Under the pieces are notes generated by a model, which ran no database searches, had not been told where the DNA came from, and saw only the letters and a list, made by a program, of their open reading frames with translations. Positions 11,901 through 20,608 of a stretch of 64,000 nt of DNA are shown here, piece after piece. This DNA is from Eledone cirrhosa (lineage: Eukaryota). A program made the translations under genes and the position numbers. The stretch lies in NCBI GenBank assembly GCA_964016885.1, contig OZ024741.1:327112001-327176000 (forward strand). The letters run 5' to 3'. Positions within the stretch are counted from its first letter, which is position 1. Each line of letters starts with the position of its first letter.

Positions 11901-12419
11901 TTCCAGAAGTCACTGGCCTGGCAGTGCTACCGAGGGGCTCTACCCGTTCGAGAGAGGCTCTACAGACACGGGCGCCCGGGCAGGGATCCCTCAAAAAAGA
12001 TTTGCCCTAGATGCGTGCGTCACGAAGAAACCGTGGCGCACGCATTGGTGCAATGTCCGGGCGTGGCTGATCTGTGGGGCTACGCCGAACAACTGCTGTC
12101 GCGGGTGGCGCCGATTAAATTGACCGCCGAGTCCGTGATGACAATCAAACCGCCTCCCCTCTTCACAAAGGAAGCAAAGGCGGTTTTTCTGTGCGTAATA
12201 GCCATGTTGAAAGAGGTTGTTTGGTGGACACGATTGAAAGGTCTGAGGTCAGGCAACTTCCTCTCTGGCCATAGTCTGGTCTACTTCTTCCGATATCACT
12301 TCGGAAGAAGGATAAGAATGGAGAGAGAGGTGCTTGGCCACAGGCAGTTTTATGAAAGGTGGGTGATAGTGGCGAGAATGGCTCGTGTAAATGGGCCTTC
12401 TCTGTATACCATCCTGTAG
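8982..12419 (+). CDS. LINE ORF2: APE endonuclease, reverse transcriptase, C-terminal Cys/His finger
   Basis: 1145 aa; APE motifs LNARGL, ET, GDWN, SYLDRF, TDH; RT motifs SPGLDG, RPITLLN, LDQSKAFDRV, RQGCPLS, YADD; CPRC..ETVAHALVQC. Confidence 0.97.
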   Translation: MDVLRVGCLNARGLGSTWKQAKLLNDLRSCSINVMVICETRISVMRQLAPTFDDFEVHASLCQPGGGGGVVVLLQKHLGLAVQVVHSDPEGRLLVLDVGSSESAALRLVAVYSPFGAERPDFFQRLETFLGTSRSLLLAGDWNDILDARWDYAGACPNRGGCNSLKGLLDRFNLVDRYRLDFPTVPTWTWRNHSGQSRSYLDRFLVRSKDRDILSCPEMRTVGYTDHKLVTCVVNLEKTHRQGPGYWKLNLSLPAKETYRNRISRLVKERLTGAIVNNRWWASLKREIRTESISYSKMLAANRNRNEKELTGKLEEAIKSEDVARVLASRTALNQFFDAKHEGCVIRSKIRALGNEGAKAVGWARVTEAKSGNRSTIRSLQDEDGRVIREPKQMCEAFQKHFARLFGGGEGPGRGVDFGPYLDGLPRLSNKEAESCEGPISADEIGDALSQCSRRKSPGLDGIPYELYLAMPVFFSELLEAVYCNWQQNGRIPCSVAKGVVTLVRKDENKGDSINNFRPITLLNTELKILAKVLAKRLALVVGGLVGDAQTCAIPSRSIHDNLHLMRYIIERVGNKPGFGGALINLDQSKAFDRVDHGYLDAVLAAAGFGPVFRGWITALHSNHICSRIKVNGYLSKPFEITRSIRQGCPLSSLLYVLTLEPLLRKLELLQGIPLEPGLSKAVSAYADDVTVMVSTNSEIEAIGTLLEEYERLSGAKLNREKSIGLQLGTWRGKPMPPDGVVGHWTEGPVKLLGVWFGPDLQVEKNWNEVTNKVFALTQKWAKCKLSLKGRAEVANIYIASVTYYRLTVVPCPKETLTTMERMLFQFLWKKRPPMVRRSICCQQPSKGGLGMPWLMMRRHALRLRHLQVFLTGQPVWAPFVKRAFPRLVSLTELQSWVKQRSGKLGDWHTECAQALRALWQAGRAIGGESTSSFYRGLVASRGDDTLGESLDMEEDELASLFGRTFGPGPMDNFQKSLAWQCYRGALPVRERLYRHGRPGRDPSKKICPRCVRHEETVAHALVQCPGVADLWGYAEQLLSRVAPIKLTAESVMTIKPPPLFTKEAKAVFLCVIAMLKEVVWWTRLKGLRSGNFLSGHSLVYFFRYHFGRRIRMEREVLGHRQFYERWVIVARMARVNGPSLYTIL

Positions 12420-12884
12420 GTAAAGAAGTAAAGGAGAGGGGAGCACCTTCTCCATGTGCTCCCCGGGCAAAGGATTGCACACTTTTTCGGGGGTGTGTGC
12501 AACCCCCATCACGTCCCCTCCCTTTTGAGGTTATTTTCGATTATTTTCATGTTACACCCTTTTTACTCGATCATATGTAAACTCCCCCTTTGTATTTGTC
12601 CCTTCTTTTTATGCCTTTATGGTAAATAAAGAAATCTATCTATATATAATCTAATCTAGCTGTCGTCTGTTCTACAGTGTGGATGTCATTCACTTCGCAC
12701 AGAAGTTTTGTTCAAATTTATTGAGGAAATTTTGTGAGTTCAAACTTAATTTTGATACAATTGTGTAGCTTGACCCTCCGTCTGAACTGTCAGGCGGTGG
12801 GTCAGCTCATCTTTACCCCTCCTAGAGGTGAAAAACCTGTTTTAAAAAAAATTTTGTGTAAAAAATTTCAATCGTCTAACAGAA

Positions 12885-14762
12885 ATGTTAAACGCAGCGA
12901 ACGAAAATAGTGGTGGGGGGACAGCGGTAAGAGTTGTAAGCTCGCACGCTTTAGTCCTCCCTTCCTTCCCAACTAACGTCATAGAGAAGGAAGGAAAAAT
13001 GAAAATAAAAACGGACGAATCTGCGGAGGAAAAATTAAATGACGAAAACAACGAAAAAAAAAAATTTGAAAAATTGCATGACAATACTAATAACACAAAC
13101 AAAGACACAACAAACAAAAAAATAACAGTTGAAAATAACATCATATCAGAAAACAAAGCAGACGACCAGATTTCATTTGCACAGAAAACAAAGAAATCTT
13201 TGACTTATATAGCGGAAAACATTTCAGATGTGGTACGAAGGATCACGGACGCAAAACAATACATAAGTGAAGGTGAGAATGGTATTTTATTGGTAAAAAT
13301 GCCTCAAGAATTCACGAAAGACATTGAAAGCCGAACGGTCAAGTTTCGGACCATCAACAACAGTACAAAAAAACCTGAACAGCCTTCTCAAGCAGATATC
13401 AAAACAGTACTCGCAGAAGTACTGAATGAAACAACTTTCATAAGAAAAGACAGACTGTATGGAAGTCTAGCAATTATCATGAAGAACGAATCGGCGGCAA
13501 AAAAATGTGCTTTGTCACCGATTCGTTCGAAAAATTTCACCTTTTATCCATCTTATATGGGAAAAAAAACTCAACGCATATGGCTGGATGCAATGATGCC
13601 AGATGTGGACTACTGCTGGCTCATAGCTGGCTTCATCGATCCAGTGAATGACAACGTGATTTCCATTGGGAAAACCACAGGCAATGCGTTCAGTGGAACA
13701 GGTATAGAGCTGGTAGTACAAATGAAGCCTGAACGCATCGCCCAAATACCCGACAGAATCCTATTAGAGGACCACGGGTATATAAACATTAGCGTGGAGG
13801 GGAGAAGGCCGTCCTGCCATATCTGTGCAGGCAGAGGGCACCTGAAGGCCGCTTGTCCCCAACTCAACAAAAAGAAAACCCTGCTACCAACACCAGCTCC
13901 ACCACCACCACCACAACAGATAAACAAACAACAAAACTCAGTCCCACCCAACCCGTCCCTCAGTAACACCACAACACCACCACAACACAAACAGTCACAA
14001 CACATTACCCCAAAACAAAATACAGGCCCACCCAACCTCTCACTCAATAAAACAACACAACCACCGCAGACACAACACACAACACAGTCTAACATAGTGA
14101 CATCCATCTCCCCCACAAAGAAAACCAACACGGAAACATTACCAGCAAACATACCTCTTCCCTCCAACACTGAAGATAACCCAACGAATTCGGAGGAAGA
14201 AACGGAGTCCTTCAGACAGATTAAAAGGAAAAAAAGAAAACATGTGCAAAACACACAAGGACAAACAACCCCCACCCAAATCGCAACACAATCTAACAAA
14301 ACAGAAAACACCCCTCCAGCAACAAACAAAACCAAACCTGCCCCTCCCCTCTTCGAAACACTCACACCATCGGAAAAAAAGACATTACACTATACTTACA
14401 TCAACAGAAACAATAATAAATTAAATGAACTCATATACAATAATCCTTCGGTACAAACCGAAGGTGTAAACTTTGTTTCATCAGAAAACCACCCACATTT
14501 AAAACTAATAAAAATCCCAATGAACCTCTACCAAAAACTAAAAAAGGATTTTAAGGAGGACGTAGGACCACCCTCTGTCAAACCCATAAACCGCGTCCTA
14601 CTAAAAAGCTTTCCCCCTCCCCTTCCCCTCCCCAACACAACTCCAAACACCCCAACCCCACCACACACCGACGACCCCACACCACCACAAGACACCCCTT
14701 CACCCAACACCCCCGACCCCATGGAAGTCGTGCAACCCGAACCCCGGGAAGCGGAAAGGTAG
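12885..14762 (+). CDS. LINE ORF1 (copy 2)
   Basis: 625 aa, intact, same zinc knuckle. Confidence 0.9.
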   Translation: MLNAANENSGGGTAVRVVSSHALVLPSFPTNVIEKEGKMKIKTDESAEEKLNDENNEKKKFEKLHDNTNNTNKDTTNKKITVENNIISENKADDQISFAQKTKKSLTYIAENISDVVRRITDAKQYISEGENGILLVKMPQEFTKDIESRTVKFRTINNSTKKPEQPSQADIKTVLAEVLNETTFIRKDRLYGSLAIIMKNESAAKKCALSPIRSKNFTFYPSYMGKKTQRIWLDAMMPDVDYCWLIAGFIDPVNDNVISIGKTTGNAFSGTGIELVVQMKPERIAQIPDRILLEDHGYINISVEGRRPSCHICAGRGHLKAACPQLNKKKTLLPTPAPPPPPQQINKQQNSVPPNPSLSNTTTPPQHKQSQHITPKQNTGPPNLSLNKTTQPPQTQHTTQSNIVTSISPTKKTNTETLPANIPLPSNTEDNPTNSEEETESFRQIKRKKRKHVQNTQGQTTPTQIATQSNKTENTPPATNKTKPAPPLFETLTPSEKKTLHYTYINRNNNKLNELIYNNPSVQTEGVNFVSSENHPHLKLIKIPMNLYQKLKKDFKEDVGPPSVKPINRVLLKSFPPPLPLPNTTPNTPTPPHTDDPTPPQDTPSPNTPDPMEVVQPEPREAER

Positions 14763-14795
14763 GTCTCTACACTCTCCTTTGGCTCTGCCGCCCAC

Positions 14796-17700
14796 ATGGA
14801 TGTGTTAAGAGTAGGATGTTTGAATGCACGTGGCCTGGGCTCAACTTGGAAGCAAGCAAAGCTTCTAAATGACCTCAGGTCATGTAGTATAAATGTAATG
14901 GTTATCTGTGAGACTCGAATCAGCGTCATGCGGCAGCTGGCCCCCACCTTCGATGACTTTGAGGTGCATGCATCTCTCTGTCAACCTGGAGGTGGGGGTG
15001 GGGTTGTCGTGCTGCTGCAAAAACACCTGGGTCTTGCCGTACAGGTTGTGCACTCGGACCCGGAGGGTCGTTTGTTGGTGCTAGACGTTGGCAGTAGTGA
15101 AAGTGCGGCCTTGAGACTGGTCGCCGTCTACTCCCCTTTCGGAGCTGAACGGCCCGACATCTTCCAGCGTTTGGAGACTTTTCTGGGAACGTCGCGTTCC
15201 CTGCTTCTAGCGGGGGATTGGAATGACATCCTGGATGCACGTTGGGACTATGCAGGAGCATGTCCTAATAGAGGGGGGTGTAACAGCCTCAAGGGGTTAC
15301 TCGACCGTTTTAACTTGGTCGATAGATATCGACTAGATTTTCCAACTGTACCTACCTGGACTTGGAGAAACCACAGTGGTCAATCTAGATCGTACTTAGA
15401 TAGATTCTTAGTTAGAAGTAAGGATAGGGACATATTAAGCTGTCCAGAAATGCGCACGGTTGGCTACACGGATCACAAATTAGTGACCTGCGTGGTCAAT
15501 CTCGAGAAAACACATAGACAGGGTCCCGGTTACTGGAAACTTAATTTGTCTTTACCGGCAAAAGAGACTTACAGAAACCGGATTAGCAGATTAGTTAAGG
15601 AGAGGTTGACGGGTGCAATCGTCAACAACCGATGGTGGGCATCTCTCAAAAGAGAGATTAGAACAGAATCAATAAGTTATAGCAAGATGTTAGCTGCCAA
15701 TAGGAATAGAAACGAGAAAGAATTAACAGGTAAATTAGAAGAGGCAATCAAGAGCGAAGATGTGGCCAGAGTGCTGGCATCGAGGACGGCCTTGAACCAG
15801 TTTTTCGATGCAAAGCATGAAGGCTGCGTCATTCGAAGTAAAATACGTGCTCTAGGTAATGAGGGGGCCAAAGCCGTTGGATGGGCCCGCGTGACAGAAG
15901 CTAAAAGTGGAAATCGATCCACCATCCGGTCGTTGCAAGACGAAGATGGACGAGTGATCCGGGAGCCTAAGCAGATGTGCGAGGCCTTTCAAAAGCACTT
16001 TGCCCGATTGTTCGGGGGAGGCGAGGGTCCGGGCCGGGGCGTGGATTTCGGTCCATACCTCGACGGCCTGCCGCGTCTCTCGAACAAAGAGGCAGAGTCC
16101 TGCGAGGGACCAATCTCGGCTGATGAGATCGGAGATGCGCTGAGCCAATGCAGCAGACGCAAATCTCCAGGTCTCGATGGTATACCTTACGAACTTTATT
16201 TAGCAATGCCGGTCTTCTTCTCCGAACTCCTCGAAGCGGTCTACTGCAATTGGCAGCAGAACGGGAGAATTCCTTGTTCTGTAGCCAAGGGCGTAGTCAC
16301 GCTGGTGAGGAAGGACGAGAACAAGGGGGATAGTATAAATAATTTTCGGCCCATAACCCTGCTAAACACAGAGTTAAAGATTTTGGCCAAGGTGTTAGCA
16401 AAGAGGTTGGCGCTTGTCGTGGGTGGCCTGGTGGGAGATGCGCAGACATGTGCTATCCCATCCAGGTCCATTCACGATAACCTCCACCTCATGCGATACA
16501 TCATAGAGAGGGTTGGCAACAAACCCGGCTTCGGTGGGGCCCTGATCAACTTGGATCAGTCTAAGGCCTTCGATAGGGTCGACCATGGTTACCTGGATGC
16601 GGTGCTAGCGGCGGCTGGGTTCGGTCCTGTTTTCAGAGGCTGGATCACTGCCCTACATAGCAACCACATCTGTTCTAGGATCAAGGTGAACGGCTACCTT
16701 TCGAAGCCGTTCGAAATCACACGATCCATTCGACAGGGGTGCCCTCTCTCCTCCCTTCTGTACGTATTGACTCTCGAGCCTTTACTGAGGAAGTTGGAGT
16801 TGTTGCAGGGTATCCCCCTGGAACCAGGATTGAGCAAAGCAGTGTCGGCCTACGCCGATGACGTAACAGTAATGGTATCAACCAACTCGGAGATCGAGGC
16901 GATCGGTACCTTACTGGAGGAGTACGAAAGGTTGTCAGGAGCGAAACTGAACCGGGAAAAATCCATCGGGCTGCAACTCGGAACGTGGAGAGGCAAACCG
17001 ATGCCTCCTGACGGTGTCGTCGGACACTGGACGGAGGGCCCGGTAAAGTTGCTTGGGGTCTGGTTTGGACCGGACCTCCAGGTGGAAAAGAACTGGAACG
17101 AGGTTACGAACAAGGTGTTTGCACTAACCCAGAAATGGGCCAAGTGTAAGCTGTCCCTAAAAGGCCGGGCGGAGGTTGCGAACATTTACATAGCGTCCGT
17201 CACTTACTACCGCCTGACTGTCGTGCCTTGCCCTAAGGAAACACTCACCACCATGGAACGCATGCTCTTCCAATTTCTTTGGAAGAAGCGTCCTCCTATG
17301 GTGAGAAGATCCATCTGCTGTCAACAACCTTCGAAAGGAGGGCTGGGGATGCCGTGGTTGATGATGCGTAGGCACGCATTGAGGCTACGGCACCTACAGG
17401 TATTCCTCACTGGTCAACCGGTGTGGGCTCCGTTCGTGAAACGAGCCTTTCCGAGACTCGTCTCACTCACCGAGCTACAGTCCTGGGTCAAGCAAAGATC
17501 CGGAAAACTGGGAGACTGGCACACTGAGTGTGCTCAGGCGCTCAGGGCTCTCTGGCAAGCGGGCCGGGCCATCGGTGGAGAATCCACCTCATCATTCTAT
17601 AGAGGGCTGGTGGCTAGCAGGGGCGATGACACACTTGGAGAGTCGCTGGACATGGAAGAAGATGAACTGGCCAGCCTGTTCGGTAGGACTTTCGGCCCAG

Positions 17701-18233
17701 GACCAATGGACAACTTCCAGAAGTCACTGGCCTGGCAGTGCTACCGAGGGGCTCTACCCGTTCGAGAGAGGCTCTACAGACACGGGCGCCCGGGCAGGGA
17801 TCCCTCAAAAAAGATTTGCCCTAGATGCGTGCGTCACGAAGAAACCGTGGCGCACGCATTGGTGCAATGTCCGGGCGTGGCTGATCTGTGGGGCTACGCC
17901 GAACAACTGCTGTCGCGGGTGGCGCCGATTAAATTGACCGCCGAGTCCGTGATGACAATCAAACCGCCTCCCCTCTTCACAAAGGAAGCAAAGGCGGTTT
18001 TTCTGTGCGTAATAGCCATGTTGAAAGAGGTTGTTTGGTGGACACGATTGAAAGGTCTGAGGTCAGGCAACTTCCTCTCTGGCCATAGTCTGGTCTACTT
18101 CTTCCGATATCACTTCGGAAGAAGGATAAGAATGGAGAGAGAGGTGCTTGGCCACAGGCAGTTTTATGAAAGGTGGGTGATAGTGGCGAGAATGGCTCGT
18201 GTAAATGGGCCTTCTCTGTATACCATCCTGTAG
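14796..18233 (+). CDS. LINE ORF2 APE-RT (copy 2)
   Basis: 1145 aa, intact; PDIF where the other copies have PDFF. Confidence 0.97.
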   Translation: MDVLRVGCLNARGLGSTWKQAKLLNDLRSCSINVMVICETRISVMRQLAPTFDDFEVHASLCQPGGGGGVVVLLQKHLGLAVQVVHSDPEGRLLVLDVGSSESAALRLVAVYSPFGAERPDIFQRLETFLGTSRSLLLAGDWNDILDARWDYAGACPNRGGCNSLKGLLDRFNLVDRYRLDFPTVPTWTWRNHSGQSRSYLDRFLVRSKDRDILSCPEMRTVGYTDHKLVTCVVNLEKTHRQGPGYWKLNLSLPAKETYRNRISRLVKERLTGAIVNNRWWASLKREIRTESISYSKMLAANRNRNEKELTGKLEEAIKSEDVARVLASRTALNQFFDAKHEGCVIRSKIRALGNEGAKAVGWARVTEAKSGNRSTIRSLQDEDGRVIREPKQMCEAFQKHFARLFGGGEGPGRGVDFGPYLDGLPRLSNKEAESCEGPISADEIGDALSQCSRRKSPGLDGIPYELYLAMPVFFSELLEAVYCNWQQNGRIPCSVAKGVVTLVRKDENKGDSINNFRPITLLNTELKILAKVLAKRLALVVGGLVGDAQTCAIPSRSIHDNLHLMRYIIERVGNKPGFGGALINLDQSKAFDRVDHGYLDAVLAAAGFGPVFRGWITALHSNHICSRIKVNGYLSKPFEITRSIRQGCPLSSLLYVLTLEPLLRKLELLQGIPLEPGLSKAVSAYADDVTVMVSTNSEIEAIGTLLEEYERLSGAKLNREKSIGLQLGTWRGKPMPPDGVVGHWTEGPVKLLGVWFGPDLQVEKNWNEVTNKVFALTQKWAKCKLSLKGRAEVANIYIASVTYYRLTVVPCPKETLTTMERMLFQFLWKKRPPMVRRSICCQQPSKGGLGMPWLMMRRHALRLRHLQVFLTGQPVWAPFVKRAFPRLVSLTELQSWVKQRSGKLGDWHTECAQALRALWQAGRAIGGESTSSFYRGLVASRGDDTLGESLDMEEDELASLFGRTFGPGPMDNFQKSLAWQCYRGALPVRERLYRHGRPGRDPSKKICPRCVRHEETVAHALVQCPGVADLWGYAEQLLSRVAPIKLTAESVMTIKPPPLFTKEAKAVFLCVIAMLKEVVWWTRLKGLRSGNFLSGHSLVYFFRYHFGRRIRMEREVLGHRQFYERWVIVARMARVNGPSLYTIL

Positions 18234-18697
18234 GTAAAGAAGTAAAGGAGAGGGGAGCACCTTCTCCATGTGCTCCCCGGGCAAAGGATTGCACACTTTT
18301 TCGGGGGTGTGTGCAACCCCCATCACGTCCCCTCCCTTTTGAGGTTATTTTCGATTATTTTCATGTTACACCCTTTTTACTCGATCATATGTAAACTCCC
18401 CCTTTGTATTTGTCCCTTCTTTTTATGCCTTTATGGTAAATAAAGAAATCTATCTATCTATATATAATCTAGCTGTCGTCTGTTCTACAGTGTGGATGTC
18501 ATTCACTTCGCACAGAAGTTTTGTCCAAATTTATTGAGGAAATTTTGTGAGTTCAAACTTAATTTTGATACAATTGTGTAGCTTGACCCTCCGTCTGAAC
18601 TGTCAGGCGGTGGGTCAGCTCATCTTTACCCCTCCTAGAGGTGAAAAACCTGTTTTAAAAAAAATTTTGTGTAAAAAATTTCAATCGTCTAACAGAA

Positions 18698-20575
18698 ATG
18701 TTAAACGCAGCGAACGAAAATAGTGGTGGGGGGACAGCGGTAAGAGTTGTAAGCTCGCACGCTTTAGTCCTCCCTTCCTTCCCAACTAACGTCATAGAGA
18801 AGGAAGGAAAAATGAAAATAAAAACGGACGAATCTGCGGAGAAAAAATTAAATGTCGAAAACAACGAAGAAAAAAAATTTGAAAAATTGCATGACAATAC
18901 TAATAACACAAACAAAGACACAACAAACAAAAAAATAACAGTTGAAAATAACATAACATCAGAAAACAAAGCAGACGACAAGATTTCATTTGCACAGAAA
19001 ACAAAGAAATCTTTGACTTATATAGCGGAAAACATTTCAGATGTGGTACGAAGGATCACGGACGCAAAACAATACATAAGTGAAGGTGAGAATGGTATTT
19101 TATTGGTAAAAATGCCTCAAGAATTCACGAAAGACATTGAAAGCCGAACGGTCAAGTTTCGGACCATCAACAACAGTACAAAAAAACCTGAACAGCCTTC
19201 TCAAGCAGATATCAAAACAGTACTCGCAGAAGTACTGAATGAAACAACTTTCATAAGAAAAGACAGACTGTATGGAAGCCTAGCAATTATCATGAAGAAC
19301 GAATCGGCGGCAAAAAAATGTGCTTTGTCACCGATTCGTTCGAAAAATTTCACCTTTTATCCATCTTATATGGGGAAAAAAACTCAACGCATATGGCTGG
19401 ATGCAATGATGCCAGATGTGGACTACTGCTGGCTCATAGCTGGCTGCATCGATCCAGTGAATGACAACGTGATTTCCATTGGGAAAACCACAGGCAATGC
19501 GTTCAGTGGAACAGGTATAGAGCTGGTAGTACAAATGAAGCCTGAACGCATCGCCCAAATACCCGACAGAATGCTATTAGAGGACCACGGGTATATAAAC
19601 ATTAGCGTGGAGGGGAGAAGGCCGTCCTGCCATATCTGTGCAGGCAGAGGGCACCTGAAGGCCGCTTGTCCCCAACTCAACAAAAAGAAAACCCTGCTAC
19701 CAACACCAGCTCCACCACCACCACCACAACAGATAAACAAACAACAAAACTCAGTCCCACCCAACCCGTCCCTCAGTAACACCACAACACCACCACAACA
19801 CAAACAGTCACAACACATTACCCCAAAACAAAATACAGGCCCACCCAACCTCTCACTCAATAAAACAACACAACCACCGCAGACACAACACACAACACAG
19901 TCTAACATAGTGACATCCATCTCCCCCACAAAGAAAACCAACACGGAAACATTACCAGCAAACATACCTCTTCCCTCCAACACTGAAGATAACCCAACGA
20001 ATTCGGAGGAAGAAACGGAGTCCTTCAGACAGATTAAAAGGAAAAAAAGAAAACATGTGCAAAACACACAAGGACAAACAACCCCCACCCAAATCGCAAC
20101 ACAATCTAACAAAACAGAAAACACCCCTCCAGCAACAAACAAAACCAAACCTACCCCTCCCCTCTTCGAAACACTCACACCATCGGAAAAAAAGACATTA
20201 CACTATACTTACATCAACAGAAACAATAATAAATTAAATGAACTCATATACAATAATCCTTCGGTACAAACCGAAGGTGTAAACTTTGTTTCATCAGAAA
20301 ACCACCCACATTTAAAACTAATAAAAATCCCAATGAACCTCTACCAAAAACTAAAAAAGGATTTTAAGGAGGACGTAGGACCACCCTCTGTCAAACCCAT
20401 AAACCGCGTCCTACTAAAAAGCTTTCCCCCTCCCCTTCCCCTCCCCAACACAACTCCAAACACCCCAACCCCACCACACACCGACGACCCCACACCACCA
20501 CAAGACACCCCTTCACCCAACACCCCCGACCCCATGGAAGTCGTGCAACCCGAACCCCGGGAAGCGGAAAGGTAG
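18698..20575 (+). CDS. LINE ORF1 (copy 3)
   Basis: 625 aa, intact. Confidence 0.9.
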   Translation: MLNAANENSGGGTAVRVVSSHALVLPSFPTNVIEKEGKMKIKTDESAEKKLNVENNEEKKFEKLHDNTNNTNKDTTNKKITVENNITSENKADDKISFAQKTKKSLTYIAENISDVVRRITDAKQYISEGENGILLVKMPQEFTKDIESRTVKFRTINNSTKKPEQPSQADIKTVLAEVLNETTFIRKDRLYGSLAIIMKNESAAKKCALSPIRSKNFTFYPSYMGKKTQRIWLDAMMPDVDYCWLIAGCIDPVNDNVISIGKTTGNAFSGTGIELVVQMKPERIAQIPDRMLLEDHGYINISVEGRRPSCHICAGRGHLKAACPQLNKKKTLLPTPAPPPPPQQINKQQNSVPPNPSLSNTTTPPQHKQSQHITPKQNTGPPNLSLNKTTQPPQTQHTTQSNIVTSISPTKKTNTETLPANIPLPSNTEDNPTNSEEETESFRQIKRKKRKHVQNTQGQTTPTQIATQSNKTENTPPATNKTKPTPPLFETLTPSEKKTLHYTYINRNNNKLNELIYNNPSVQTEGVNFVSSENHPHLKLIKIPMNLYQKLKKDFKEDVGPPSVKPINRVLLKSFPPPLPLPNTTPNTPTPPHTDDPTPPQDTPSPNTPDPMEVVQPEPREAER

Positions 20576-20608
20576 GTCTCTACACTCTCCTTTGGCTCTG
20601 CCGCCCAC

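Larger units (their letters stand above)
6835..12634 (+). mobile_element. Full-length Tx1/L1-clade LINE, copy 1 (5800 bp)
   Basis: 5' UTR, ORF1, ORF2 and a 3' UTR ending AATAAAGAAA; flanked by (TCTA)n(TA)3 at 6817-6834 and 12635-12648. Confidence 0.96.
12649..18448 (+). mobile_element. Full-length Tx1/L1-clade LINE, copy 2 (5800 bp)
   Basis: Near-identical to copy 1 at offset 5814, with a few private substitutions. Confidence 0.96.
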
